Assembly (NCBI GenBank): GCA_900316755.1
Contig: ONED01000004.1
Location: forward strand, 713 to 64,712
Length of the DNA stretch: 64,000 bases
DNA from: an uncultured Eubacteriales bacterium
GTDB lineage: Bacteria; Bacillota; Clostridia; Lachnospirales; Lachnospiraceae
Direction of reading: 5' to 3'
A model generated the notes under the pieces. It saw only the letters and a list, made by a program, of their open reading frames with translations. It was not told where the DNA came from and ran no database searches. Shown here piece after piece: positions 17,254 to 25,527 of this stretch. How positions within the stretch are numbered: position 1 is the first letter of the stretch; the number at the start of each line of letters is the position of its first letter. Both the position numbers and the translations under genes were made by a program.

Positions 17254-19554
17254 TTATTTTCTTCGCAAAATTCGAATGGAATTTAACACACACAGCATTG
17301 CAACTCCGGTATCTGCAAATACCGCCATCCACATGTTTGCATATCCCAGAAGTCCCAAAACCATAACCAGTGCTTTGATGACTAACGCAAACACCACATT
17401 CTGCATTGCAATACGACCTGTCGCTTTCGCAATTGTAATAGCCTCGGGTACTGCCTCCATGGAAGAAGTCATAAATACCACATCCGCCGCTTCGATTGCT
17501 GCATCCGCGCCGCTTCCCATGGCTGCTCCGACATCCGCCCCCGCCAGCACCGGTGCATCATTGATGCCGTCTCCGACAAACATCACGGAGCCATACTGCT
17601 CGCGGATTTCTTGTAACTTGGCAAGTTTCTCTTCCGGCAAAAGCTTTGCGTAAGATGCTTCCACTCCGGTCTGCTCTGCAATCATTTGGGCACACTCGGG
17701 TGTGTCACCGGTCAGCATCACCGTCTTAAGCCCGGCTTTCTTTAATTCACCAATGGCTTTTTTCGATTCCTCTTTCACCGTATCTGCAATCACCAGATAA
17801 CCGATACAGATTCCGTTCAGCGCTACCAAGGCCTCCGTTCCGTAAGTGATTGACTCATGATTTTCCATATTCACACGGAACAACTCGAAAAGCTCCCGAT
17901 TGCCGCACAGCACCTCGCCCTCTTTCATCTGTGCCCGGATGCCTTTTCCTGCAATCTCTTCTACAGATTCCGGTCTTTCCAGGTCCAGAAATCGCTTCTT
18001 TGCCGCTGTCACAATACTGTAGCCGATGGGATGGGTGGAATCCATTTCACAGCTCGCAGCTAACGCAAGGATTTGTTCTTCTCTGTATGCACTTGTGGAA
18101 ACGCATTGCTGCACTTCAAAGTTCCCTTTGGTAATCGTTCCGGTCTTATCCATCACGACCGCCTTTACATGTTTCAAAGTTTCCAGTGCCAATCCGCCTT
18201 TAAATAAAATGCCTTGTTTCGAACCCGTTCCGATTCCGGAAAAGAATGCAAGGGGCACACTCAGCACCAATGCACACGGGCAGCTGATAACCAAAAATGT
18301 AATCGCCGTATATATCCAGAATCTCCACTCTCCCGTGATAAGGGATGGTAAAATCGCAGTGCCCAGTGCCAGCACTACTACAAACGGAGTATACACGCGG
18401 GCAAACCGGGTGATAAACCGATCGATTTTCGGTTTGCTTGCAGCCGCATTCTCCACGGAATTCAGAATTCGTGTCACCATGGAGTCCTCCAAAGTCTTTT
18501 CCACCCGGATTTGAATCGCACCTGATGTGTTCACACAGCCGGAAATCACAGTGTCTCCTTTTGCCGCCTTCACCGGCACAGGTTCCCCTGTCACCGGAGC
18601 CGTATCAATCCGGCTTTCGCCCTGCACAATTACACCATCCAGCGGAATCCGGTCTCCCGGTCTCACTAACAGAATATCCCCGATTTTTGCCTCTTTTGCA
18701 GGAATGATTTGTACGATACGTCCCTGTACCAGATTCACAACCTCCGGTCTTAAATCCACTGCCTCCATAATCTGACTGCGGCTTTTTTCTACTGCAATGT
18801 CTTCAAATAATTCTCCGATACGGAAGAACAGCATTACTCCCACCGCTTCCGCAAAATCTCCAATCGCAAACGCCGCCAGTGTTGCAAGACTCATTAAAAA
18901 ATTTTCATCAAACACATGCCCTTTCGTCAGGTTCTTTCCCGCTTTCCGGAGAATTCTTCCTCCGAGAATCACATAGGCTGCTACAAAGCTTACGAAAGCT
19001 CCCACAGAAAACACCCTGCCCGAAAGCAGATGTTCCAGAAATAATCCAAGTATAAATAAAACTGCGCCTGCTCCTATCTGTACGAAAGCTTTTTTATTTC
19101 CCTCTTCGACAGAAGCTTTTTCCGACTTTTGCTGCTCTTCCTTTGGTCTTACGATGACCTCTGACTCAATGGAGGAACAGATTTCCTGCAAAATTGGAAG
19201 CAACTGTTCCTGATGATTGGAAGCTACCCGGAGCTGCTTCGTAGCAAAGGTCAGCGTCGCCGCCTCTACCTCGGGAAGCTCATTGATTTTCTTTTCCATC
19301 TTCGCCGCACAGTTGGCACAGCCAAGATTTTCAACGATATATACCGTTTGCTTTACATCCGGTTTTATGTGTGAAAATCTGTCTCCTGCCGCAGCATCCT
19401 GTACATGGTCATGCCCACAGCCGCAGCCTTCGTGCTCGTGATGATGTTCATGCTCGTGATGGTCATGCTCATGATGGTCATGCTCATGATCATGATGTTG
19501 TCCATGTTCGTGTCCGCAATTGCACACTTCGTGTTCTTCCTGTATATGTCCCAT
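17254..19554 (-). CDS. cadA: Heavy-metal translocating P1B-type ATPase (Cd/Zn/Co type) with His-rich N-terminus
   Basis: CANC HMA domain, TGEP, CPC, DKTGTIT, HP, GDGINDAP. Start MGHIQ after GGAGG (ORF track starts at 19587). Confidence 0.88.
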   Translation of the reverse strand: MGHIQEEHEVCNCGHEHGQHHDHEHDHHEHDHHEHEHHHEHEGCGCGHDHVQDAAAGDRFSHIKPDVKQTVYIVENLGCANCAAKMEKKINELPEVEAATLTFATKQLRVASNHQEQLLPILQEICSSIESEVIVRPKEEQQKSEKASVEEGNKKAFVQIGAGAVLFILGLFLEHLLSGRVFSVGAFVSFVAAYVILGGRILRKAGKNLTKGHVFDENFLMSLATLAAFAIGDFAEAVGVMLFFRIGELFEDIAVEKSRSQIMEAVDLRPEVVNLVQGRIVQIIPAKEAKIGDILLVRPGDRIPLDGVIVQGESRIDTAPVTGEPVPVKAAKGDTVISGCVNTSGAIQIRVEKTLEDSMVTRILNSVENAAASKPKIDRFITRFARVYTPFVVVLALGTAILPSLITGEWRFWIYTAITFLVISCPCALVLSVPLAFFSGIGTGSKQGILFKGGLALETLKHVKAVVMDKTGTITKGNFEVQQCVSTSAYREEQILALAASCEMDSTHPIGYSIVTAAKKRFLDLERPESVEEIAGKGIRAQMKEGEVLCGNRELFELFRVNMENHESITYGTEALVALNGICIGYLVIADTVKEESKKAIGELKKAGLKTVMLTGDTPECAQMIAEQTGVEASYAKLLPEEKLAKLQEIREQYGSVMFVGDGINDAPVLAGADVGAAMGSGADAAIEAADVVFMTSSMEAVPEAITIAKATGRIAMQNVVFALVIKALVMVLGLLGYANMWMAVFADTGVAMLCVLNSIRILRRK

Positions 19555-19567
19555 AGTGATACCTCCA

Positions 19568-19591
19568 ACATATGAATGATTGTTCATATGT
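19568..19591. promoter_or_regulatory. ArsR/SmtB-type operator
   Basis: Perfect inverted repeat ACATATGAA-N6-TTCATATGT just upstream of the ATPase RBS, in the style of SmtB/CadC operators. Confidence 0.75.
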
Positions 19592-19605
19592 TCATTTAAT
19601 CACTT

Positions 19606-20304
19606 TTAGATACGTTTGTCAACACAAATTTCCATTGATTCAATCTGCCAGTCTATCGGCGTCTCCCCATGCGCCTCCAAAAATGCATTTGTCTGACTAA
19701 AAGGCTTACTTCCAAAAAATCCGCGATAAGCTGACAGCGGACTTGGATGGGGTGCCTCCAGAATCAAATGTTTCGGATTGTTCAGCATCGTTTTTTTGAG
19801 TTGTGCCGGTCTTCCCCAGAGGATAAAGACAATTGGTCGGTCTTCCCTATTGAGTGCGCGAATCGCGGCATCGGTAAACTCTTCCCAGCCAATCCCCCGA
19901 TGAGAATTTGCCTGATGGGCACGCACAGTCAGCACCGTATTCAGTAGCAGCACGCCCTGCTTTGCCCACTTTACGAGACATCCGTGATTCGGAACCTTGC
20001 ATCCCAAATCATCATGCAGTTCTTTATAAATATTTTCCAGCGATGGTGGAATTTCCACCCCCGGTTTCACGGAAAAGCAGAGTCCATGAGCTTGTCCTTC
20101 TCCGTGATATGGGTCCTGGCCCAAGATTACCACCTTCACATCCTTCAACGGAGCATAATGAAATGCATTAAAAATGTCATTTGCCGGCGGAAAAATGGTA
20201 TGCGTCTTATACTCCTCCCCCACTTTTTGAAACAGTTTCCGATAATACTCCTTTTTAAACTCTCCCTGCAGGACCTCTAACCAGTCTCCGGTAATCGCTG
20301 CCAT
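19606..20304 (-). CDS. ung: Uracil-DNA glycosylase
   Basis: GQDPYH, GVLLLNTVLTV, HPSPLS. Confidence 0.96.
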   Translation of the reverse strand: MAAITGDWLEVLQGEFKKEYYRKLFQKVGEEYKTHTIFPPANDIFNAFHYAPLKDVKVVILGQDPYHGEGQAHGLCFSVKPGVEIPPSLENIYKELHDDLGCKVPNHGCLVKWAKQGVLLLNTVLTVRAHQANSHRGIGWEEFTDAAIRALNREDRPIVFILWGRPAQLKKTMLNNPKHLILEAPHPSPLSAYRGFFGSKPFSQTNAFLEAHGETPIDWQIESMEICVDKRI

Positions 20305-20316
20305 CTTTTGTCCTCC

Positions 20317-21078
20317 TTACGATCTGACGGATACGCCCTTGTCCCTCAGATACTGTTTTACTTCTCTGATTTCCAGTTCTTTAAAATGAAACAGGGATGC
20401 CGCCAGAGCCGCATCTGCCTTTCCTTCTGTCAATGCTTCATAAAAATGTTCCAGTGTTCCGGCTCCTCCTGAGGCAATGACCGGAATAGAAACTGCCTCT
20501 GAGATTGCTCTTGTCAGTTCCAAATCATACCCTGCCTTCGTGCCGTCACAGTCCATGCTGGTAAGCAGGATTTCTCCTGCGCCGAGAGCTTCTGCCCTTC
20601 TCGCCCATTCCACCGCATCAATGCCTACATCAATACGACCTCCGTTTTTATAAATATTCCAGCCGCTTCCATCCGCACGACGTTTTGCATCAATCGCAAC
20701 GACTACGCACTGGCTTCCAAATTTCTCCGCAGCCTCCGAAATCAGCTCCGGCCGGTTAATGGCAGAAGAGTTAATGGAAATCTTATCTGCCCCCTCCCGC
20801 AATAGTGCCTTAAAATCGTCCACGGTACGGATACCGCCACCTACCGTAAACGGGATAAACACGTTGGCCGCCACCTTCCTGACCATGTCAACTACAGTAT
20901 CCCGTGCGTCGGAGGACGCAGTAATATCCAAAAAGACTAATTCGTCCGCCCCGGCAGCATCATACGCCTTTGCCACCGCAACCGGGTCTCCGGCATCTAC
21001 CAAATCAACAAAATTCACACCTTTTACCACTCGTCCGTTATGTACATCCAGACAGGGAATAATCCTTTTTGTAAACAT
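20317..21078 (-). CDS. hisF: Imidazole glycerol phosphate synthase cyclase subunit
   Basis: [37 protein letters not shown]. Confidence 0.97.
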   Translation of the reverse strand: MFTKRIIPCLDVHNGRVVKGVNFVDLVDAGDPVAVAKAYDAAGADELVFLDITASSDARDTVVDMVRKVAANVFIPFTVGGGIRTVDDFKALLREGADKISINSSAINRPELISEAAEKFGSQCVVVAIDAKRRADGSGWNIYKNGGRIDVGIDAVEWARRAEALGAGEILLTSMDCDGTKAGYDLELTRAISEAVSIPVIASGGAGTLEHFYEALTEGKADAALAASLFHFKELEIREVKQYLRDKGVSVRS

Positions 21079-21093
21079 TCTCTTTCCTCCCGA

Positions 21094-21699
21094 CTATAGC
21101 TCCACAAAATTCTTCAAAATCTGCATGCCCACATCGCTGCTCTTTTCCGGATGAAACTGGCAGGCAAACACATTTCCCTTTTCTACCGAAGCATGAATAT
21201 GAGTGCTGTATTCCGTTGTTGCCTTGACGATTGCTTCGTCCTTTGCCTTCAGATAATAGGAATGCACAAAATAGACGTACGCCCCCTCTTCTATCCCATG
21301 AAACAATCTTCCATCGTTTGTAAGATGCAGGGAATTCCACCCCATGTGCGGAATCTTAAGTCCTTCGCAATCCGGAATCCTGCAGATTTCCCCTTCTAAA
21401 ATACCAAGTCCTGCTACTCCTTTTGACTCTTCACTTTTTTCGAATAAGAGCTGCAATCCGAGGCAGATACCAAGAAACGGAGTGCCTTTCTCCACCACTT
21501 GATAAATCACCTCGTCCAACCGATACTTTTTTAAATTGGACATAGCATCGCCGAAAGCACCTACCCCCGGCAAAATCACCTTGTCCGCATGCAAAATAAC
21601 TTCTGCATCCCGGGTGATGGAGACCTCCTGTCCCAGCTTCTTTAGCGCCTTTTCTACGCTTTTAATATTTCCCGCATCATAATCGATTATTGCTATCAT
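21094..21699 (-). CDS. hisH: Imidazole glycerol phosphate synthase glutamine amidotransferase subunit
   Basis: IDYDAGN, LPGVGAF, GICLG, PHMGWN, YFVHSY, QFHPEKS. Start MIAII (ORF track starts at 21720). Confidence 0.96.
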   Translation of the reverse strand: MIAIIDYDAGNIKSVEKALKKLGQEVSITRDAEVILHADKVILPGVGAFGDAMSNLKKYRLDEVIYQVVEKGTPFLGICLGLQLLFEKSEESKGVAGLGILEGEICRIPDCEGLKIPHMGWNSLHLTNDGRLFHGIEEGAYVYFVHSYYLKAKDEAIVKATTEYSTHIHASVEKGNVFACQFHPEKSSDVGMQILKNFVEL

Positions 21700-21716
21700 T
21701 TTCCTCATTCCTCTCG

Positions 21717-23198
21717 TCACTTCACGTCTAATTCAAACCAGAATTCTACGCCATTGTTGTAATTTTTCACCCCGTATCCTTTTTTCAGAGATTCCATAAT
21801 GGCTTTCACGATAGAAAGACCGATGCCGTTGCCGCCATACTCTCTGGTACGAGCCTTATCTACTTTATAAAACTTATTCCAGATTTGGTCAATATCTTCT
21901 TCCGGAATCTGCTTTCCTGTATTAAACACCGAGATACGCGCCGTAGCGGTTTCTTCATTCACCACTACCCGGATGTCGATGACCTTGTCCCCCTCCAAAT
22001 GGTTCAGCGCATTACTGAAATAATTGCGGAACACCTGCTCCACCTTCCATTCGTCTGCCCAGACATAAACAGCTTCCCCGGCATTCATCCTCACATCTGC
22101 GCCCTTTTGCTGTACCAGAATATCGCAGCTCTGTACAATCCCCCGGATCAGTTCCATGACGTCAAAACGCTCGAATGACACTTCTTCCTCCCCCACTTCA
22201 AGCTGATTGAGCGTCAGAAGATTTTTTACCAGCTTATTCATCTTGGTCGCTTCATCTATGATAACATCACAATAAAACGCCCGGCTCTCCGGATCCTCCG
22301 AAATTCCCTCTTTCAATCCTTCCGCATACCCTTGTATCAGTGCAATCGGCGTCTTTAATTCGTGGGAAACATTGCCGATAAATTCTGTCCGCATCGTCTC
22401 CATCTTCTCTTTTTTCTCGATGTCCTTCTGCAGCTCATAGTTTGCACTCTTAAGCTCGGATACCGTTCGCTCCAGCCTTTCAGACATAATATTAAAGTTT
22501 TCACCCAAAACACCAATCTCATTTTTTCCGCCACTGGTATATTTTGCGTCAAAATCCAGATTTGCCATGCGTTTAGAAAGCTCTGCCAGCTCTAAAATCG
22601 GATTGGCAATCCGCTTCGAAATATACCATACAAAAATACAACCAAGGACTGCCGTGGCAAGTGTAATGTAAATCAGAAATTGATTGGATAACAACACACT
22701 CTCCCGGATGCTTTCCAGCGGACTTCGAATCAGGAAGGAGCTTCCGTCATTCAAATGCCCCCACATCTCAATATATTCCTCGCCGCCTGCCACGTCTCTG
22801 GTACTTCGAATCTGATAGCTTTCGCTCTCTTTGAGCAGTTCTCCTCTTGCCTGATTGATATTCAAAAGATACCCGATAAGCTGCGCACACATTTCTTCCG
22901 TCTGCCGCTTGCTGGAGGTGGATGCAAGAAGCTGCTGGCTGTTTCCCATAATTACAAATGTAAGATTGCCTGCCTCAGTCACCCCACTAAGCTCTTCCGC
23001 CATTCCCTCGTAGGAAGAATCTGTATCTTTCACTGCCTGTTCCATTTTTTCATAAACGTCAATCAGCGTTTTCTGTTTGTTGAAAACATAAAAGCGTTCC
23101 AGAAACTGACTGTTAATGAAAGTGAAAATCAACATAATCGCAATCACCAGTCCGATGAAAATGGTCGCAATCTGTCTCTTAATTGATTTATTCATCAT
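21717..23198 (-). CDS. HAMP-domain sensor histidine kinase
   Basis: Two TM segments, HAMP domain, H-box SHELKTP, N-box NALNH, G boxes KFYKVDKAR..GGNGIGLSI. Confidence 0.93.
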   Translation of the reverse strand: MMNKSIKRQIATIFIGLVIAIMLIFTFINSQFLERFYVFNKQKTLIDVYEKMEQAVKDTDSSYEGMAEELSGVTEAGNLTFVIMGNSQQLLASTSSKRQTEEMCAQLIGYLLNINQARGELLKESESYQIRSTRDVAGGEEYIEMWGHLNDGSSFLIRSPLESIRESVLLSNQFLIYITLATAVLGCIFVWYISKRIANPILELAELSKRMANLDFDAKYTSGGKNEIGVLGENFNIMSERLERTVSELKSANYELQKDIEKKEKMETMRTEFIGNVSHELKTPIALIQGYAEGLKEGISEDPESRAFYCDVIIDEATKMNKLVKNLLTLNQLEVGEEEVSFERFDVMELIRGIVQSCDILVQQKGADVRMNAGEAVYVWADEWKVEQVFRNYFSNALNHLEGDKVIDIRVVVNEETATARISVFNTGKQIPEEDIDQIWNKFYKVDKARTREYGGNGIGLSIVKAIMESLKKGYGVKNYNNGVEFWFELDVK

Positions 23199-23207
23199 TT
23201 CCCACCG

Positions 23208-23885
23208 CTATTCTACTTCAAATTTATAGCCCATCCCCCAGATGGTTTTAATATAATTTCCCTTGTCGCCCAATTTGCTTCGAAGCTTCTTCACATGCGT
23301 GTCAATCGTTCTTGCATCTCCGAAATAATCATAATTCCAGACACTGTTTAAAATCTTTTCCCGCGTAAGCGCTATCTTCTGATTTTCCACAAAATAAAGC
23401 AAAAGTTCAAATTCCTTGACGCTGAGTTCAATTTCCTTTCCGTCAATTGTGACGATGTGGGCAGCTTTATCAATTTCAATCCCACCTGCGCAGATGGTCT
23501 CAAAGGCCGCCGCACCTTTAGTACGCTTTAGAAGCGCATTCACACGCGCAACCAGAATTTTGGGACTGAATGGTTTGGAAATATATTCATCCACACCCAG
23601 TTCAAATCCCTTCAGTTCATCCCGTTCTTCACTCCGCGCTGTCAGCATCAGAACCGGCATCGTCGAGCGTTCCCGAATCTCCCGGCATACCTCCCATCCA
23701 TCCATACGCGGCATCATCACATCCAGAATCACCATAGCAAGATCCGGAGTCTCGTAAAAAATATCGAGTGCTTCCACGCCATCTGCCGCTTCTAAAATAA
23801 AATATCCCTCTCTTTCCAGAAAGTCTTTAATCAATTTCCGCATTCTGCTCTCATCATCTACAACCAGAATTTTTAATTTCTCCAT
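23208..23885 (-). CDS. OmpR-family response regulator
   Basis: LVVDDE, LDVMMP, KPF, winged-helix RTIDTHVKKLR..TIWGMGY. Start MEKLK (ORF track starts at 23894). Confidence 0.94.
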   Translation of the reverse strand: MEKLKILVVDDESRMRKLIKDFLEREGYFILEAADGVEALDIFYETPDLAMVILDVMMPRMDGWEVCREIRERSTMPVLMLTARSEERDELKGFELGVDEYISKPFSPKILVARVNALLKRTKGAAAFETICAGGIEIDKAAHIVTIDGKEIELSVKEFELLLYFVENQKIALTREKILNSVWNYDYFGDARTIDTHVKKLRSKLGDKGNYIKTIWGMGYKFEVE

Positions 23886-23976
23886 ATCATTCACCCCGTC
23901 CGGTTCTTTTTTCTCTATCCTATCAGAGATTTATGTCTATTCTGTGTCCACTTTCAATCTCAGCAGTTCTTCCGCC

Positions 23977-24006
23977 ATTGTACCACAGACCCCTTTTGAT
24001 ATGCAA
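23977..24006 (-). promoter_or_regulatory. Putative sigma-A promoter of the two-component operon
   Basis: Minus strand TTGCAT (24006-24001), 18 nt, TACAAT (23982-23977). Confidence 0.45.
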
Positions 24007-24026
24007 TGTTTCTCGCGCAAAGGGTC

Positions 24027-24055
24027 TTGACATTTTTAAAAACGCGCCATATAAT
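24027..24055 (+). promoter_or_regulatory. Consensus sigma-A promoter of ssrA
   Basis: TTGACA (24027-24032), 17 nt, TATAAT (24050-24055). Confidence 0.9.
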
Positions 24056-24090
24056 AACACTACGTTTGCGAAACAGTGCGCCATATTTCA

Positions 24091-24432
24091 GGGCTTGTAC
24101 TGGTTTCGACGGGGGTTTTGAAGTTAGGGAAGCCATCCGCGGTGCGGACCGCGTAAAAACTGCAAATTAAAATTAAACGCAAACGATAATTTAGCGTACG
24201 CTGCCTAGTGGCAGCAGTCGGCTTTAAGTCGCTCACTGCTTAAACGTCCGGCTTCAACAAGGTGAGGCACTTCGTTTCCTAAGCTTTGCGGAAATGGAAG
24301 AATTTATGAAGCTACTAAAACAGGCAGCCTGTCATTAGGCGGCTTGTGGAGGGAATGTCAAAATAATGACTGTGATGGGAGATGCCTTAAGGGATAGGCT
24401 TTCGGACAGGGGTTCGATTCCCCTCAGGTCCA
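24091..24432 (+). ncRNA. ssrA: tmRNA; tag peptide (A)NDNLAYAA
   Basis: 5' GGGCTTG...GGTTTCGAC pairs with 3' CAGGTCC-A; T arm GACAGGGGTTCGATTCCCCTC; resume frame GCA AAC GAT AAT TTA GCG TAC GCT GCC TAG at 24179-24208. CCA is not encoded (ATTA follows). Confidence 0.95.
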
Positions 24433-24434
24433 TT

Positions 24435-24474
24435 AAAAACAGAGAGCACATTGTAATATGCTCTCTGCTTTTTT
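24435..24474. terminator. Bidirectional terminator between ssrA and the HEPN gene
   Basis: cagagagca (24440-24448) / tgctctctg (24459-24467), flanked by A and T runs. Confidence 0.8.
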
Positions 24475-24862
24475 ATGCATTCAGGTATTCTTTTACTGAT
24501 CGAATTACTGATTCGGCTGTTTTAATCTGTTCTTCTGTTTCTTCTTTAGATGCAACATAAAAATCATCATAATCGCTATCTTCTCTAATCTGTTTCAGAT
24601 TTCCAATTTTTCGCCCTAGGGTTTTAGGAAATTTTTCTGTAGCAACATACTCTTTATTGAAATAGGAAACCACATCTTTATGCCTCTTAAAGTCCACAGA
24701 GCCAAGAGCGAGGACTGCTTTAATTGCATAGAATACAGAATAGTACGAACGATTAATCGAATCTTTGTAAAATTCACCTTCTAAACACGTTTTTGCAACA
24801 GTCAGACTTTCTTCTGCTTGTTGCAATCTGTAATTACTCAATTCTTTCTGTCTATCATTCAC
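24473..24862 (-). CDS. HEPN-domain protein, putative toxin
   Basis: AEESL..A....G.Y..SINRSYYSVFYAIKAVL and REDSDY (Rx4Y); overlaps the MNT gene by 8 bp. Confidence 0.85.
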   Translation of the reverse strand: MNDRQKELSNYRLQQAEESLTVAKTCLEGEFYKDSINRSYYSVFYAIKAVLALGSVDFKRHKDVVSYFNKEYVATEKFPKTLGRKIGNLKQIREDSDYDDFYVASKEETEEQIKTAESVIRSVKEYLNA

Positions 24863-25187
24863 TCAGAACAACTCCTTCCTTTTGGACATTGTCATAAAAT
24901 GGCAGTACACCAAGCCAATAATTGAAATGTTCCTCATTCTTGATAACTACGCTTATATCCACTCCGTACTCCATTTGGAAATCAAAAGCCAAATCATAAA
25001 TGGATGTTTTCGTCTTTCTAATCTCTTCATCTGTAAGAGTAGTCAATATCATAATATCAATATCTGAGTTTTCTCTATAATCTCCACGCGCATAAGAACC
25101 ATATAAAATGACTTTCTTTAAATTCTTTCCAAGAATCCTTTTTACTTGCCCAGTAAACTCTAAAAGAATATCGTGTGTACTTTTCAT
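24855..25187 (-). CDS. Minimal nucleotidyltransferase (MNT), putative antitoxin
   Basis: Exact GSx10DxD motif (GSYARGDYRENSDID). Start MKSTH after AAAGGAG (ORF track starts at 25235). Confidence 0.88.
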   Translation of the reverse strand: MKSTHDILLEFTGQVKRILGKNLKKVILYGSYARGDYRENSDIDIMILTTLTDEEIRKTKTSIYDLAFDFQMEYGVDISVVIKNEEHFNYWLGVLPFYDNVQKEGVVLSE

Positions 25188-25286
25188 ATATCCAACTCCT
25201 TTCCCAAATTTATTACTATAGGTATTATACATCATTTATACCTCTCAATCACGCATTCGTGCGTCTTATCATTTTTGTTCATATAG

Positions 25287-25330
25287 AAAATCCGTTATAC
25301 CAAAGTTTTTTCTTTAGTATAACGGATTTT
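25287..25330 (-). terminator. Long hairpin, probable terminator of the 33556->25404 operon
   Basis: 14-bp perfect arms aaaatccgttatac (25287-25300) / gtataacggatttt (25317-25330). Confidence 0.65.
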
Positions 25331-25403
25331 TACGCAAAAAACAACGTGTCATTTTATAATCTCAAATTCCACAAACATGCCTTTGATATGATGGTAAAAG
25401 TTC

Positions 25404-25514
25404 TCAAACCAATGGGAGTTTTTCTGTTTCATCTTCCTCACCGGACGTACGAATTATCTCTCTGTCATTGATCCAAAGCACCACCATATCTGGAATCTCA
25501 TATTTCTGTTTCAT
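25404..25514 (-). CDS. Unannotated 36-aa peptide, MKQKYEIPDMVVLWINDREIIRTSGEEDETEKLPLV
   Basis: Manual translation; strong RBS (TAAGGAGGGG) fused to the stop codon of the 812-aa gene; paralogous to the peptide at 61374-61505. Confidence 0.8.
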   Translation of the reverse strand: MKQKYEIPDMVVLWINDREIIRTSGEEDETEKLPLV

Positions 25515-25527
25515 GTTACTCCCCTCC

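Noticed and set aside
19440-19510. His-rich imperfect 15-bp repeats as one of the recent duplications
   Set aside because: Copies are degenerate and typical of P1B-ATPase metal-binding tails; not an exact recent event.
20317-21699. hisH-hisF separated from the rest of the his operon
   Set aside because: Split his operons are common in Clostridia; not novel.
24366-24560. 64-aa plus-strand ORF
   Set aside because: Overlaps the tmRNA 3' end, its terminator and the antisense HEPN gene.
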